Counted from the whole stretch's first letter, positions 11,609 through 25,083 are shown. The stretch: DNA of 56,552 nucleotides, filler included, from Porpidia crustulata (GCA_964255105.1; 4 parts of 4 records of this genome joined end to end with filler, not necessarily neighbours in it), one strand, 5' to 3'. Notes: generated from the letters alone by a model not told the origin. A program made the numbers and translations.

Positions 11609-14098
11609 GACACACCGGCAGACCGCTGCACACCCTTCTGACCAAGCAATCGAGATACGTACCCTGTCACCGGATCGCACTAGCTTCTAGGCGGCGAGCG
11701 GGGACACGCCCGAGGGGAACTGATGGGAAATGGCGGTGATTACTGAACAATCGAATTGTTACCCGTTGGGGAGATGCTGCGTGGCACATTTTTAATTTCT
11801 ATTCGCACGCGACCTTCGACAGATTTGTGCAAGTATTTGCGAGTCCTTGGCTCCGGCAAACTAATCAACGCCCTAATTCTGGTGTTCCTTTCTGTTGCAA
11901 CGTCTGGATTAGGAAATCCCGTGCGGGAGATGTTTGATGCCTGACGATTGATCGTGTCGGTTACAGCACGAAAGGACTTTTTGCCTACCTTCCCCGTCGC
12001 CTTCTTCGCGGTCCGCTCTCTAGGCTCTTGGAGTCGCAGCCTGAGCTCTTTACATCTGCGAGCTAATGTTTTACTAATGCCAAGAAATGCCAAATCTGCA
12101 GCGAGTGACTACTAGAGTTCAAAGATACGTGTTTCCAGTATTCGCCGGCTCCGCAACACCATGATAGATGACTGTCGGGCAATTTCGGACGCCCCTTTCA
12201 CTTGATTTGACAGCCAAGCAAGTTCTCAAGTTCAAGCTTTGACTGACACCAGCAAGTACTCGCAATGCGAACGTTCCATGGGATCACATGATTGCATTTA
12301 CCGTTCCTAATCCGTGAGACTTCTAAGGAGCGGACCACATGATCAAGTGGAATAGTAAAAGAGAGTAGCGTAAGGCTACGAACTAGGGAAGATCTATTTT
12401 TGAGGTCGGTTAGATACGAGAGATGGGCCCTAGTTATATCGTACCCGAAATACAATACAGGTCGGATCTCTTATGACCGACATGTCTTCATAACTTTATA
12501 CGCTGCGGACGCAACACATCCGAATATCCAAGCCTGTGCAGTAATCATGAAAGTTAGGAGCCTGCCACAGCAGCGTTGCAAATCAAGGCCAGAGTGAGTA
12601 TTTGGCATGCTTCGGAACGGAATTCGAAAAATTGCGCCCTGTCGCGCTAGAAATTTGGCCAGGATCCAAGTCTAGTAGATCACGGAGTCTTCCCCGTTGC
12701 CCGTGTCCGTAATGGAAGGTTTTGCTGCCGCGGAAGTACAGGAATAATTCTCATTAGTAGGCGCTACCATTCGCCTGAGACTTCGTCCCGTCAGGTAATT
12801 CTCGAGACTACAACTTTGTCCCTTCGCCGAGATGTCCGCATGGAGCTGTACCTCATCTTCGATCTCTTCAATGGCATTTGCCAGCCGCTAGAGTTGCCCG
12901 CTACAGCAGAGTAGTGAATCTCAGATCTTCCAAGCCGCTGGGCTTGATGATTCTTTGCAAATTTCGACGGCGGATGACCTAGACTCATTTCTGCTTGGTC
13001 TTTTCGAAAAAAGAGGGGTATGGTATGTGTGTTTCTTGTCAATTCAAACATCTTGTCCCTTTTGTCAATTGTCCTCGCGCCCGTGTGTTTCAGTGCCTTG
13101 GTTGATCTTGTTCATATATGCAGGAGTCAAAAATCAATCTAGCAAGCCACTCAGTCCGTCTCTTCCGTCCCAATACATACTTGCTCTTTCGTCTAAAACC
13201 GAGACGTTTCATTACAACAATTTACAGCCACCATCACACCTAGCCAAAACTCGCCAATTCCTCAAGCCAAACTACGAGGATTGCCGTTTGTAGCCGTCCT
13301 TAGGAATGCGGCGATCCACGCGCTCAATGTTGGGCCTACATTGGAAGCATGATGAAGCCACCGTCCCAGTTCCGACTTTTCGTGGACGTGATGCTAGTCG
13401 CATTGGGACCTCCAATCACCATGGCTTTCGCTAGATTATGGTTCTACGGATATTGCCATGTACGGGATCAGGTAAAAGCAAGCAATGGCATGGCTTGAGC
13501 CGGTAATAACAAAGCTCTCGTACGGGCAGTTCACAGGCCGTAAGGACCGGAAAGTTCCGGACATTTTACTGGCTGGGGCTCTGATACGTGAGTGTTTAGA
13601 AGCGTGTCTACTTCATACGTGGTATTTGAGCCATTTTTTATCTCTCCGGGACAATTTTAATCCACTCAACCACAAGACATATTCTACAAGTTTTCGTGTC
13701 CCCGGTGGCATTGCCTAGACACTAACTCTCTCAAACCGTATCTAAACCTCCCACAACCTGGAGACAGCCCCCCAACCCCGCTCAGTCCAACGTCAATTCC
13801 TCAAATGCATGTCTCTCTACAGATGGGACCCATGGTACCAGAACTGAAGCGAAACCCATCTCCAATTTCTTTGAACCATGCCGCACCGTACGCATTCAAG
13901 CCATTGTACCTGTGGAATTTCAAATCAGCTACTCCGACATCCTACCTCATGGCGATCCAATCCAGAATCATGGTTGTGCGACCTACCTCCACCCTACTTC
14001 CCCTTCGAGGGCCCGCTCTATAAATCTCACAACCCCTTCCAAGAAACCTTACATCCCGAACCCTAACTCCTTCATCCTCCCATCATCCTCCCATCATC

Positions 14099-14198
14099 NN
14101 NNNNNNNNNNNNNNNNNNNNNNNNNNNNNNNNNNNNNNNNNNTTAATTAATTAANNNNNNNNNNNNNNNNNNNNNNNNNNNNNNNNNNNNNNNNNNNN
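14099..14198. other. Assembly gap with artificial TTAATTAATTAA spacer
   Basis: N-run, TTAATTAATTAA, N-run. Identical constructs occur at 28291-28390 and 42423-42522. Confidence 0.97.
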
Positions 14199-14937
14199 CG
14201 AGAATGCAGGTACGTAGTACCTAATCCAATTAATGGGTCTAACCCATCACAGTTTTAAATTGTAACGGTTGTTCTAATAACAACACAAGATATAAACAGA
14301 GATAGACTAGAGTAACGAACTCCTTGCTACTATAGACTGAGGTCTGCAGATAGCTTAGACAATAGAACAGATTGTATTGATTATTACATGAGTTGAGCAC
14401 GAAGCTCCTATTTAGAGAAATGACCATCGTTATATAGACATAGGAAATTCGTGCCAAGAGCCTATTCTCGCTATGCTCGCCCCATGATCTGCAACGATCA
14501 TGGCGAGCATTCTGACGCATACGCCCTCCCGGAGTACATCCCATTCCTGAGTAAGCCGGTGCTAACATGTCGGTGCTTCGGCTTAGATCAGCCGAGCTTT
14601 AGCGTAGACCAGTCGACCTGTAGACTCGTTAATATACCCACCCTAGGCGATGTGGGAACGAGTACTGCTTTTTTTGCCTTCTGGCGTGATTCGCTTAAGT
14701 ACTTCCCGGTATTCCGCCATTTGGTGGTGGGGTAAGGTACCGAACAATGGTTTTACCATGAGCTCTGTTTTATTTATCATACCACATCATACCTACGCTG
14801 TAGTACGACCATTGACACACTGTAGTATTCTTCTTCCTTTTCTACTTCTTACTCTCTGATAATTATTCTCACCTCCATCCTCATTCTCATTCTCATCCAT
14901 TCTCAGTATTTGCTCAAATGTCGGATGTCTAGGGAAA

Positions 14938-16668
14938 ATGCCTGTAGATGCTGCGGGTGACAAGTGGTCCTGGTAAGCTTCCAGCTGCGATCAGCTCCTC
15001 TCCACCTGCATTTCTGCTCCTGTTCCAGTGTTTCAGTGTTTCTTTAGATCCCAAAGTCTCAACTAAATTCTACTTTCAGCGAGCCTTGCGTTCGTGGCCA
15101 CCGGTCGACGAAATGCGAACATTTCGACCGTTTTATGGTGCGAGTGAGGCGGCCTGGGAGACCTCTATGTGACTGTCCTCACACTGGTAGAGGGCAATGT
15201 GGTTGTAATGAGGAGAAGGTCATCATGGTCAGAATACCGAGAGGTCAGCATATATCCCCAGAGCCCTCTATTTCCGAAGAATCAGTTTTGGAATTGATAG
15301 TGACCCGCTGCAGGATCTGGATGCATTTGTGTACCAGCTCCTGGCTATGCCGTTGTATCTGGACCGGCAAAAACCTCTCACATCAGATTCCCTCCTATAC
15401 AGGCGAGCGCTGCATTAGAAACCCAGGACGAAAATAAAAGCCCTACTAAGATTTCGCGCTTCGCAAGCTTCAATGAACAGTATCGCCCATCAATGGCGAC
15501 AGCTGCGCCCTTGCCAGTAAGGAGTATGGACGCACCAACCCATGCTTTGAATGATCGGTATCCCAACGCCCAGTCTAGATCACAAGAACCACATGACGTC
15601 AGCAATGAAACTGGGGTTGAGTCAATGCGCAGGGACCCTATCACGCTGAGTAACAATGGAAGTACACAGGGACTATCACCCCAGCCAAGCTCCACAGCCA
15701 TGGCCACTCCAGCCTTTGCACCGACGACGCCGGGTTTACAAATGCCTAGCTCATCTTGCTGTAACAAGCCGGAGGGCGAAGCTCAACGGCCGAGTCCAGG
15801 CGCTTTTGGTGATACAATGAATCGTGAAAACGGGTATTCGTCTCCTTCGAATATGGATTCAGGAATACCGATCGTGCAACAGAACCGTGCTGCGGCGAAT
15901 CCTTCAGCGAATCCCCTGTTCTCCACCAGCCATAAAGATCAAGGAAAAGTGCCGTTTCAGGCCGAATTCACTTACGAGTTCCCTCATGTTCCGTATACCA
16001 CTATTTATAGCATACCCTCCACATATGCAACATCTGCAAACCCCTTGACATCGGAACAGCAAGCCCATACGATGGCGAATTCTCAGCTGCATCCTCAAAC
16101 CGTTCCACAGCTTGCTAGCTCTGGATTAGTAGGCTCGGCAGCGCCCTCTGCAGACAGCTCGCATGGCTCTGCTTTGACGTACGATTGTTCCTGTGGAGAG
16201 AATTGCCAATGCGTTTTTTGCGCCGTCCATCCCTACAATGCGCCAACCAGAGACAGAGTTCAGACCCTCGCGAATCTCCTTCACGAGGAAGATCCTAGCT
16301 TCATTCCCCAAGTTGGGCCGCTGTCTCCTTATGGAAGTATCAGCCACTCCCTAGAAGGTCGTGGGGCTGGCATGGGAAGCGGCGAGCATCATTACGGGAC
16401 ACTTCCTCTATCGTCCGCAACGCATCTAAGCCCCGTAGCGCATCTAGGCTCTAGCGGTGACGATTTCCGTACGATATATTCGGAAAGCTCCGATAACGCT
16501 CAGCAACGCATGGTTCCATCATCGGAGTATATGACGATAGCTTATAGCTACGACTCAGGGGTGCTTGATAGATGCATGGTGGAGCATTGTCGATGCAATG
16601 AAAACTGTTCTTGTTTTGGCTGCTTCACACACGCGGGGCATGATGGAGAACTTCTCCAGCTGGAGTAA
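14938..16668 (+). CDS. Copper-fist (Ace1/Mac1/Cuf1 family) copper-responsive transcription factor
   Basis: Exons 14938-14972, 15080-15243 and 15314-16668. The N-terminus KWSCEPCVRGHRSTKCEHFDR...RPGRPL matches the copper-fist domain. Two C-terminal CxCx3CxCx2Cx2H motifs: CSCGENCQCVFCAVH and CRCNENCSCFGCFTH. Confidence 0.9.
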
Positions 16669-17170
16669 TCCGCCACTGTTATTCTAGACGGATTTTTGTA
16701 AATATTCTTATAGACTTTCGCAATGGTCTGGCGGGTGTTTTTTACGCAATGGGCAGGCAGGTTTATTCCGGGCTTCATGGGCAATACCCTGTACAAAATA
16801 GGTGTACATGGCTAAACGAGGTTTGTACAGCTCCGCTCGGCTGCCGATCTTGGTAGTAGGTATTTCATTTTGATCACATATGTCTCCTTAAGAATCTTTG
16901 CCATTTTTTCTTTAGTAGATAGGAAAAGAGTGAAAATTAATCCTTACATTTTACTTCTACCCAGTTTGTTGACTTAGACGGAATCTCGACTCTCTATTGA
17001 CTTACAAGATACCTAGGAGTAGAAGACATCCGATACAAAATCAAGGAGGCAGTATTGGGCTCGGTCATCACGTGCAAGCTCACAAGCTTCTACTCGACTC
17101 GAAAGACTTACATGCGTCTTCCTTCCATTGATTCTTTGCCCTTTCGTACGCTCCTATCCTTGGCGTTGTC

Positions 17171-19456
17171 ATGAATTGGAATGGAGGTACACTACCAAGA
17201 GCATCCAAGAACGCAAAGACATCGCTTTCGGTGGTCCAGAGACGGCACTTCGCCAAAGTTCGGGGGAAACTACTGAATGGTTCCCCATCATCACCCGAGT
17301 TCGACTTCTCCGTATTCGAAGATGCGAAGCACAGGGAGACCTTACCACAGAGACCTGAACTGGAGGAAAGCAGGATTCTTCGGGACCATCAGACCCAGAG
17401 GAAATCGGGGAAAATTGACAGCATTGCGCCTATAGTCAGGCATCGGAACTCGATCAAGCCACATGACGGAAGTCTTCACAGAAACCGATCGCCAACTGTC
17501 GTGACGAAACGCTGGATTGACCGCAGACATCAGTCAGGGACTCTCAAACAACCCTTTGCCATACCTTCGAGCTCACGCCCATCATCAGCATCTACGTTGA
17601 AGTCAGCGGCTCAGGTGATCCAGCAACAAATGGACCAGACATCGCATCAGGCAGGCACCGATGTCCTAGAAGGCAAGAGACAGGAGCTACTTTGTATGAG
17701 GGACTGGGCCGGTTTGGAACGTACAAAGCCAGTACATATGAGATTTGCGGAAGTTGAAGATCGTGATCTCATAGGTAAGCGTCGTCGGTTGGATATTAAA
17801 AGGTACGAAGGACAAGACAACGAGCTTCATAAAGGACGCAGAACAGACTACAGTCACGAGAAGCTCGATGCACCTGTCCAAGCTGCCGGTCGACCTACTA
17901 GCCTGGAGAATATCAGTATAAGAATTGGTTCTGCAAGATCCCAGTCTAGAGAGGCTGAATATGGGCGCTCAATGGTGTCAGGCCCGCACTATGGTAGTGT
18001 TACCTCGGAGGAAATGCTCTTTGCTGAAGAGTTTCCTGCGACGATGGGGAATTATTCACCACCACGACTCCAAATGCACCCACAGGGGTTCGAGTCGCCA
18101 CCGCTGGCTCCATATAAACATGATGCTTTCCAATCATCTCCATTTCTGTCTCGGACTACCCCTGGATCACTCTGTCAGTATATTGCAGGAACAATCAACA
18201 GTGCACAAGAAGAGCACACGGTGACAAACAATTCACACGTTCGATCAAGCACTCGTAACGAAGGAGGCATGTGTCAGGTGCCAAATAATCTGCCATTGCA
18301 CTTCGGAAATTTACTAGACAGTGATGGAAGTTCTCGGCTCGATGACTTACATCAAACTGCCCCTCGAGACCGGTGGGCCAGTGAAGTAGCTACTCCTAAG
18401 GCCCTACACTCACCAGTGGGTGTAAGTACTTACAAAGCCGGTCAGCGAGCAATAATAGCTTCAGCCAAGCATGATGATGGTCCGAAGAGGTACGATTTTT
18501 ACAGTTCAAGGCCAATAACCCAAGGTGAATCGCAGGGTTGGCCATTCCAGGCAAACACAACTCGTCAGAGCCCGGCGAGAAGGGAGACTTTTCTTGCCAT
18601 CAAAAATAGAACGGAATCACATGGTACGAAAGAAACACTCGACCTGCCCTTATCGGAAATGGGGCCGGTAGAGTGTACTACCGTTACGGAAAGCTTAAAT
18701 TGCGCTGCAGCGGAAGTTGAACAAGACACCAATCTAAAAAACAAAGCGGAGTCAGAGAACGTAGCATACAAGTTACCACAAAAGTCACCAACAGAACCTC
18801 TGCCGGAATTGATAAAAGAGTCAACACAAGAACCAATGCAAAACCCAACAATAGAGCCGATACAAGATCCGCTTCGGTATCTACTACGGGAGCATTTACA
18901 AGGTCAGCCAAAAGAACCCCTCGTTGATGAAGAGAAGCTGTGGAGAGATTTTGTTTTTGGAAGTGATGACGGGGATAGGGGAGCAACGGTTCAGGTTCTC
19001 GAAGATCCCGCCACAATACCACCCATATATGATTACGAGTCTTCTATAATTGGGCAATTCGACTCCCAAGAGGCATTACCATCAGGCAGTGAAAATAATG
19101 CTGGGTCTTCGATTTTTGTAGAAGCTTCGCTATATTCGGAAAGCAACCTCCCTGCCTCTTCTAACATACCTTCCGTCCTCGCACAGGCATCAGATTCTCC
19201 TCCTAGAATACAGCATTTACGTTCTGACTGCTCCTCTGACGATCCTTTAGCCTGGACACCGGCACGGCTCATGACACCCAAGATTGTGTTTAAAAGACCA
19301 CCCAGATACGAAGGCGACCAAGAGGGAGCTCGAGTACCGATACGTATCGGCCATAGATCAAGGGATAAATTTGACGCCAGGGGTAATGTAGACGAAGGGA
19401 AAGGCCAAAAGACTCAGATGGTCAACGTTTTGGAAGATGAGATCGAAGATGACTAA
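17171..19456 (+). CDS. Hypothetical, largely disordered protein (761 aa)
   Basis: Long uninterrupted ORF. The N-terminus MNWNGGTLPR...QRRHFAK and internal LLxxxDWAGL / LWRDFVFG motifs resemble an uncharacterised Pezizomycotina family (from recall). Confidence 0.75.
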   Translation: MNWNGGTLPRASKNAKTSLSVVQRRHFAKVRGKLLNGSPSSPEFDFSVFEDAKHRETLPQRPELEESRILRDHQTQRKSGKIDSIAPIVRHRNSIKPHDGSLHRNRSPTVVTKRWIDRRHQSGTLKQPFAIPSSSRPSSASTLKSAAQVIQQQMDQTSHQAGTDVLEGKRQELLCMRDWAGLERTKPVHMRFAEVEDRDLIGKRRRLDIKRYEGQDNELHKGRRTDYSHEKLDAPVQAAGRPTSLENISIRIGSARSQSREAEYGRSMVSGPHYGSVTSEEMLFAEEFPATMGNYSPPRLQMHPQGFESPPLAPYKHDAFQSSPFLSRTTPGSLCQYIAGTINSAQEEHTVTNNSHVRSSTRNEGGMCQVPNNLPLHFGNLLDSDGSSRLDDLHQTAPRDRWASEVATPKALHSPVGVSTYKAGQRAIIASAKHDDGPKRYDFYSSRPITQGESQGWPFQANTTRQSPARRETFLAIKNRTESHGTKETLDLPLSEMGPVECTTVTESLNCAAAEVEQDTNLKNKAESENVAYKLPQKSPTEPLPELIKESTQEPMQNPTIEPIQDPLRYLLREHLQGQPKEPLVDEEKLWRDFVFGSDDGDRGATVQVLEDPATIPPIYDYESSIIGQFDSQEALPSGSENNAGSSIFVEASLYSESNLPASSNIPSVLAQASDSPPRIQHLRSDCSSDDPLAWTPARLMTPKIVFKRPPRYEGDQEGARVPIRIGHRSRDKFDARGNVDEGKGQKTQMVNVLEDEIEDD

Positions 19457-20198
19457 GATAGTAGCCTCCCCAAGCTGCCTTGAATGGCCTTTACTCCGAA
19501 TCTACGGTGCTGATTAATTTAGCTTGATATTGTTTGTAGATTTGCTAAGCCTGTTGCTGATTTAAACACTGCGTTTGTAGATACTGATAACTACATTATG
19601 AGTATCTGCTGGTCCGAACGGTGAGGGCTGTCTTGATATAATAATCTAGGAGATGTGAAAACTTTTACATCCTACGAGCTTCGGTCCATCAACATGAATT
19701 TCTGCACCTGCAATGTGTATGAGAGGAGAAACCTTTCGATGATAGTGGAAGACGCAGAGACTTTGCCAGCTGGTGACAAGCTGCTCAACCCGAGATAGCG
19801 TTGACGCCGTTCTACTACAATATAGTCTCACATATCCAACTGAGCTCGTGTAGCGTCGTATCAACATAATCATTATCGCCGATGGAAGTCTCCGGGTTCT
19901 TCAGAAAGAAGCTTAAGTTTCCTATGTGAAAAAAGCCATATAATAGTAATGAAAGGACTCTGTATCCCTGAAGAATCGCAAGGAAAGGGGGTGAAAAGGG
20001 GTCAGGAGGAAGGTCGGATGCCATCGTAGGGTATTGCTTGCTTCGCCTTGCTACATGAAAGACTAGTTAAGATCACGGTGGCATGAAACGATTGATAAGG
20101 TTACAAGAAGATCTGGGATATGGAGATCGAGGATAGGGTGAACCTCCTCTGATATTGGGCCGGGATTCTCGCTTCAACAACAGGTTACCACACCTATA

Positions 20199-20275
20199 TT
20201 AGGGTTAGGGTTATCTGGTAAATCCATCCCATCGTATGGTGAGTCGCTAGATAACTCAGAGAGTAAAAACGAGTA
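20199..20275 (-). repeat. Degenerate copy of the telomere-repeat-containing inverted-repeat element
   Basis: TTAGGGTTAGGGTTA at 20199-20213. The terminus GTAAAAACGAGTA (to 20275) matches GTGAAAACGAGTA at the end of the 27937-28050 copy. Confidence 0.5.
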
Positions 20276-20496
20276 CTAACTTTGTAAAATTACAAGATTC
20301 TAATCACAACCTTTCTGTAGAGATGCGTTGCAATAAAAACGAAATGATGAGGAAAAGATACAACATTTGGCTGATGTCGCGATGTACTTCACTTCATGAA
20401 AGCCCAGTGGTGTTATAATTACTGCCATCATACTCCGGCTCACTGCTCTATACCCGTATTTCAAAAGGTGTCGCATATGAGTGCTTACCTTTAACA

Positions 20497-22933
20497 ATGG
20501 CTCCGACAGCTGTTGACATCTCAGAATTCGTCACCATCCAACTTTCCCTTCTTGCGGACGAACTTGCGGCCGAAACAGCTTCTACAACAAGTCTTCTAGC
20601 TTCTACATCCCCAACGACACTTTCTCGCACAGGTCTGGCCATACTGAACCTCACAGTAGCTTCAGAAAGGACAGGGCTTGGCGGTAAAATTGTGTTAGAG
20701 CTGGAGCAGGATCACGCGATTGGCAATTCTGGAGATATTGGAGAGCATGGGATTCGAGTAGGTGATATCGTCAGGGTCGGGGAGCAACCAAAAGGAGGTG
20801 AAAGGAGAAAAGAAAAGATGGGTATGGAGGGACGAGGCTTAGAAGGTGTTGTAGTAAGAGTTGGGCAGAGAGGGGTGCAAGTTGCGCTGGATAAGGACGA
20901 AGATAATGTGGATGGACTGGGTGCGAGGCTGTGGGTGTAAGTAGATGTACGGTCCACTTCTCTAATTTATGTGCTCGTAAAAGTCCAACAGGATGCTGAT
21001 ACCTGTGGCTCCAGAGTGAAGCTGGCGAACGATGTCACGTATAAAAGGTAGTTTGCTTCGGAATATCGAGGGAGACTATCGTAATATTGATCGGATATCA
21101 GAATGAACCAGACAATGGAGAGACTAAAGAAGATGGGGGAGAGAGAGTATTCGACATTGACACGAGTTCTATTTGGCCTTGACACACCCATGTGTGTGCC
21201 ACAAGACGCTCGAGGTTTCGAACCTGAGATCAAAGAAATGGATTTTTTGGACAAGACCTTAAATGATTCTCAAAAGGATGCTGTACGGTTTGCATTAGCG
21301 TCGCCAGAACTCGCCCTGATTCATGGACCCCCAGGAGTAGCTTCGTCCAACCATCAAAGATAGAGACGTTTGCTAACTTCATCTAGACCGGCAAGACATA
21401 CACGCTTATTGAACTGATCCGCCAACTTATACAACGTAATTTACGCATACTGGTGTGTGGGCCTTCGAATATATCAGTTGACAATATTGTTGAACGACTT
21501 GCTCCACATAAAATCTCAATGGTCCGCATCGGACATCCAGCACGCCTACTACCAAGCGTTTTGAATCATTCGCTCGACATATTGACGCAGACTTCTGAAG
21601 CTGCCGCCATTGTAAAAGACGTAAGAAAAGAGATGGACTCCAAGCAAGCCGGCATCAAGAAAGCCCGCAATGCTGGGGAAAGGAGAACATTCTACGGGGA
21701 GATCAAAGAGCTGCGAAAAGAGTATCGAATACGAGAGAACCAGTGCGTAGCCAATCTAGTGGAAGGAAGCAAGGTAGTTCTTGCCACTCTCCATGGCGCA
21801 GGTGGTTTCCAATTGAGGCACGAGCAATTTGACGTTGTTATCATTGATGAAGCGAGTCAAGCGCTTGAGGCGCAATGCTGGATTCCACTGTTGTCATCGA
21901 AAAAACTTGTTCTGGCAGGCGATCATCTACAATTACCTCCCACCATCAAGTCTACGAATGCAAAATCGAAGCCAAAGAAAGTGAAGCTAGAGATCAACGG
22001 CACAAAGGACGGTCCACTTGCTTCGCTCGAGGTCACATTATTTGATCGACTTCTCATGCTTCACGGGCCATCGATTAAACGCATGTTAACAACTCAATAC
22101 CGCATGCATGAGAAGATCATGAGATTCCCTTCCAACGAGCTGTATGAGTCAAGATTGGTCGCGGCAGAGGCAGTCAAAGCCCGTGTATTGGCCGAACTTC
22201 CATATGAAATCCAGGAAACCGAGGATACTAGAGAGCCTTTAGTATTTTGGGACACTCAGGGTAGCGACTTCCCTGAAATGACTGAGGACGAAGAATTCGA
22301 TAGGAAGCCCACCAAAGGAGCACTATTGGGTGATAGTAAAAGCAACGAAATGGAGGCTGCACTTGTCAGGTTCCACGTCGGAAATTTGATTGACGCTGGT
22401 GTGCTGGCGAAAGACATTGCTATTATCACACCTTATAACGCGCAACTAGCTCTGATAAGCCGTGATATGAAAGAGCGGTATCCTGGTATCGAAATGGGTA
22501 GTGTCGATGGCTTTCAAGGGCGTGAAAAAGAAGCTGTTCTTCTGAGCCTTGTACGGAGCAATTCGGAGCATGAGGTGGGCTTTCTAGCTGAGAAACGAAG
22601 ACTCAATGGTCAGTCACACATTGTATGTACTACTATCTTTGAGAGGATATTGATAGCTTTCCTAGTCGCAATGACACGTCCCAAGCGGCATCTATGTATA
22701 ATTGGAGATTCCGAAACTGTAGGCCGGTAAGTGTTGTTTTTCATTCTAGTGAAATTTCCATCATTCGTACTGCGTAATTGTCTATTACGAGATGACCAAC
22801 GGCGCATCCATGTAGAGCATCTACTCATGAGTTTCCTGACAGGGGAAGTGCATTCCTGAAGCGGTGGATGGACTATTTGGAAGAACATGCTGATCTTCGA
22901 TACCCTAATCTTGCCGATTTACAACAAGCCTGA
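20497..22933 (+). CDS. HCS1: Upf1-like superfamily 1 helicase, Hcs1/IGHMBP2 (SMUBP-2) orthologue
   Basis: Exons approx. 20497-20936, 21015-21047, 21102-21336, 21387-22608, 22666-22726 and 22843-22933. Motifs: LNDSQ, IHGPPGTGKT, IIDEASQ, LAGDHLQLPP, LTTQYRM, SVDGFQGREKE, RRLNVAMTR. Confidence 0.92.
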
Positions 22934-23208
22934 ATGGCGTAGCTCATGCTCGACAACAACACCGACTTACTTTCGGAGGAGCAGGCTCCGCTTCAGTCTT
23001 CCAAGCGACTGGCGCAAGAATTGTTGTCTACGCGACTAAAGACACGTGCGCGGTAGAGCGTTGGCTGTATGCGACAACGTATGCGCTGAAGTTTTGGTAT
23101 GAGAAAAAACTCGATTTATATAATTCGAATTCACTCTTGATTGTCCGAAAGTCCAACAGCTCCGTATCTTAGACCAGCCTTAGGGATTGCAGCGGACCTT
23201 GTCAAGCT

Positions 23209-23769
23209 ATGATGTTTTCCTCATTGCTCCTGTTAACCTCCATTCTCTATGCCTCCCTTGGAACGTTCGCTCTTTCACCGCCCTCTGTCGTTGATAAAGC
23301 TTTCTCTGGATTTATCCCCGGACATTCCGCACTCATTAATTCCACTGACTTTGCGCCGCCATCCTCAGCTCTGAATTACACCTTTAACCCCGACGTCTGG
23401 CGCAGCATAAGCTGTTACACTCCGACTTCCCCCCTCGTGGTAGCATCCGTTCAAGACTGCCACACTGCCCTCTACAACGTACTTCTCGTGTCCGTCGCTA
23501 TGCTTCCAATCGCCTGGCAACGAAGTCTCGTGCCTGTCTCTTGGACCTCGGGAAGCTGTCGCGTTGCAGTGAAAGCTCGTGAGGGTATAGAAAGTGTTGA
23601 CGAGGATGAGTTCCGGCCAGCGCTGGTGGCACACGTGGGTGCACTGATTGTGAAGGCTTGCGTGACGGACCACACCGGGAACTTTGGGGGACAGGCGTTC
23701 ATTGGGGTTAAAGAGGCATTTACTGTAGGGGTTTTCGGGGTAGACGTTGGGGGAAGCAAGCGAGGGTAG
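23209..23769 (+). CDS. Small secreted protein with 4 Cys (186 aa)
   Basis: Hydrophobic signal peptide MMFSSLLLLTSILYASLG. Pattern SC...DC..A...W..GSC...IVKAC...GG. N-glycosylation sequons NST and NYT. Confidence 0.75.
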   Translation: MMFSSLLLLTSILYASLGTFALSPPSVVDKAFSGFIPGHSALINSTDFAPPSSALNYTFNPDVWRSISCYTPTSPLVVASVQDCHTALYNVLLVSVAMLPIAWQRSLVPVSWTSGSCRVAVKAREGIESVDEDEFRPALVAHVGALIVKACVTDHTGNFGGQAFIGVKEAFTVGVFGVDVGGSKRG

Positions 23770-25083
23770 CTACATGTACTTCACACGTGCAGCGCCAATA
23801 ATTCAAGTTCGCATTATGTTTGGACGAAAGATATGAATATCTAGGCAAGAAGTGTGGGAAATCATCTGGTATCCTACAGTCAGATTCGTTCACATACTAT
23901 GAGGGAACACTGCCCAATGAAAGATATCCAATTAGAGCTATCATGCAGAAAACCCGATTCGATCAATGATCTTTCAACTTCAACTTGTCCCGCCAATCCG
24001 AAAAATTTTCGCTTATGGCTTGGGACGGCAGGAAAGCGAAGAAAATCTCTAATACTTTTAGGAGGCTCTTTATCTCCTCAGCCACAGCATCTTTGGCTCT
24101 GGTATTGGGGAAATTACCCTCGCCAGCTGGACCTGTAACATCATAGCCATCACATATCAATCAAATAACGTTGATAATCAGCACAACGATTGGCCAGAGG
24201 CATCTTAACAGCACCGGCGGGTTGCCTAAGAATTTCACCGCCACATCGGTGGCTGCCCTAGGCGCGTTTTAGTGCATATATCTCCTCACTTCGCTCATTT
24301 GTTCAGCACATCAGGGCGCAAAAGGCATCATGATGCGTTGTTTGCGACTCAAATCAAGAGAATTACCAGTAGACGTGCATGTCAATGTTCGGCCATCTAA
24401 AATTTTCTCATGCGCGTGTGCTGCGCGTTCAGGTGTCGAGTGTTCGATACCTGAGCCAAGCGGACTCATCGCCAGGCTCTGTACTACCGGCGATTTCAAG
24501 GCGAACGTCTTGCTTGACCTTAGGCAGGTATATGGCGGTGCATAAATCAGCGAGGATCCCCCCTCGCACAGTATTATTTTATCTCTCGTTTCAAACCGTT
24601 TCTTGTTCTCCTCAGCATGGCTGTCAATCAGTGTCAGCCCACACACCTTCGCCCGTCGCTCTATGCTACTCTTAGGCTTGCTCGACTTGTTTTAGGCTTC
24701 AAGGAGCGTTTGAAGTCTAAGATCAAAATACGACAGTCATTAGCTACAGCAGTTGATGTCCTCCAAACTAAGAGTTTCAAAGCTTTGGATTTTGAGAATA
24801 TCAACCAGTAAGGATGTTCTGGATGACTTGGGTGTGACTGTTACCAAGTGTATCTACCTAGAGCCTTTCGATCCCATGATGAGTCTCGTGCAACTGCTGC
24901 ACGAGACCGCGAGTATGGAAATTTCTCAAGCCTTGACCTGGGGGCCACGGTGTAATTGTATAGACCCTCCACGCCAAAGCGACGGCTGATCCGTAATTCT
25001 ACAGGCTACTGAATGACCTGGACTCTCATGCGAAGCCTGGGCAACTACCACTGAGCACAATAGCTGCACACGACCAGCTATTT

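Noticed and set aside
14143..14154. TTAATTAATTAA repeated three times in the window, and CTAG-N9-TAGCTAG at ~43141-43161
   Set aside because: Always embedded in or flanking N-runs. These are scaffolding pads with stops in all frames, not biology.
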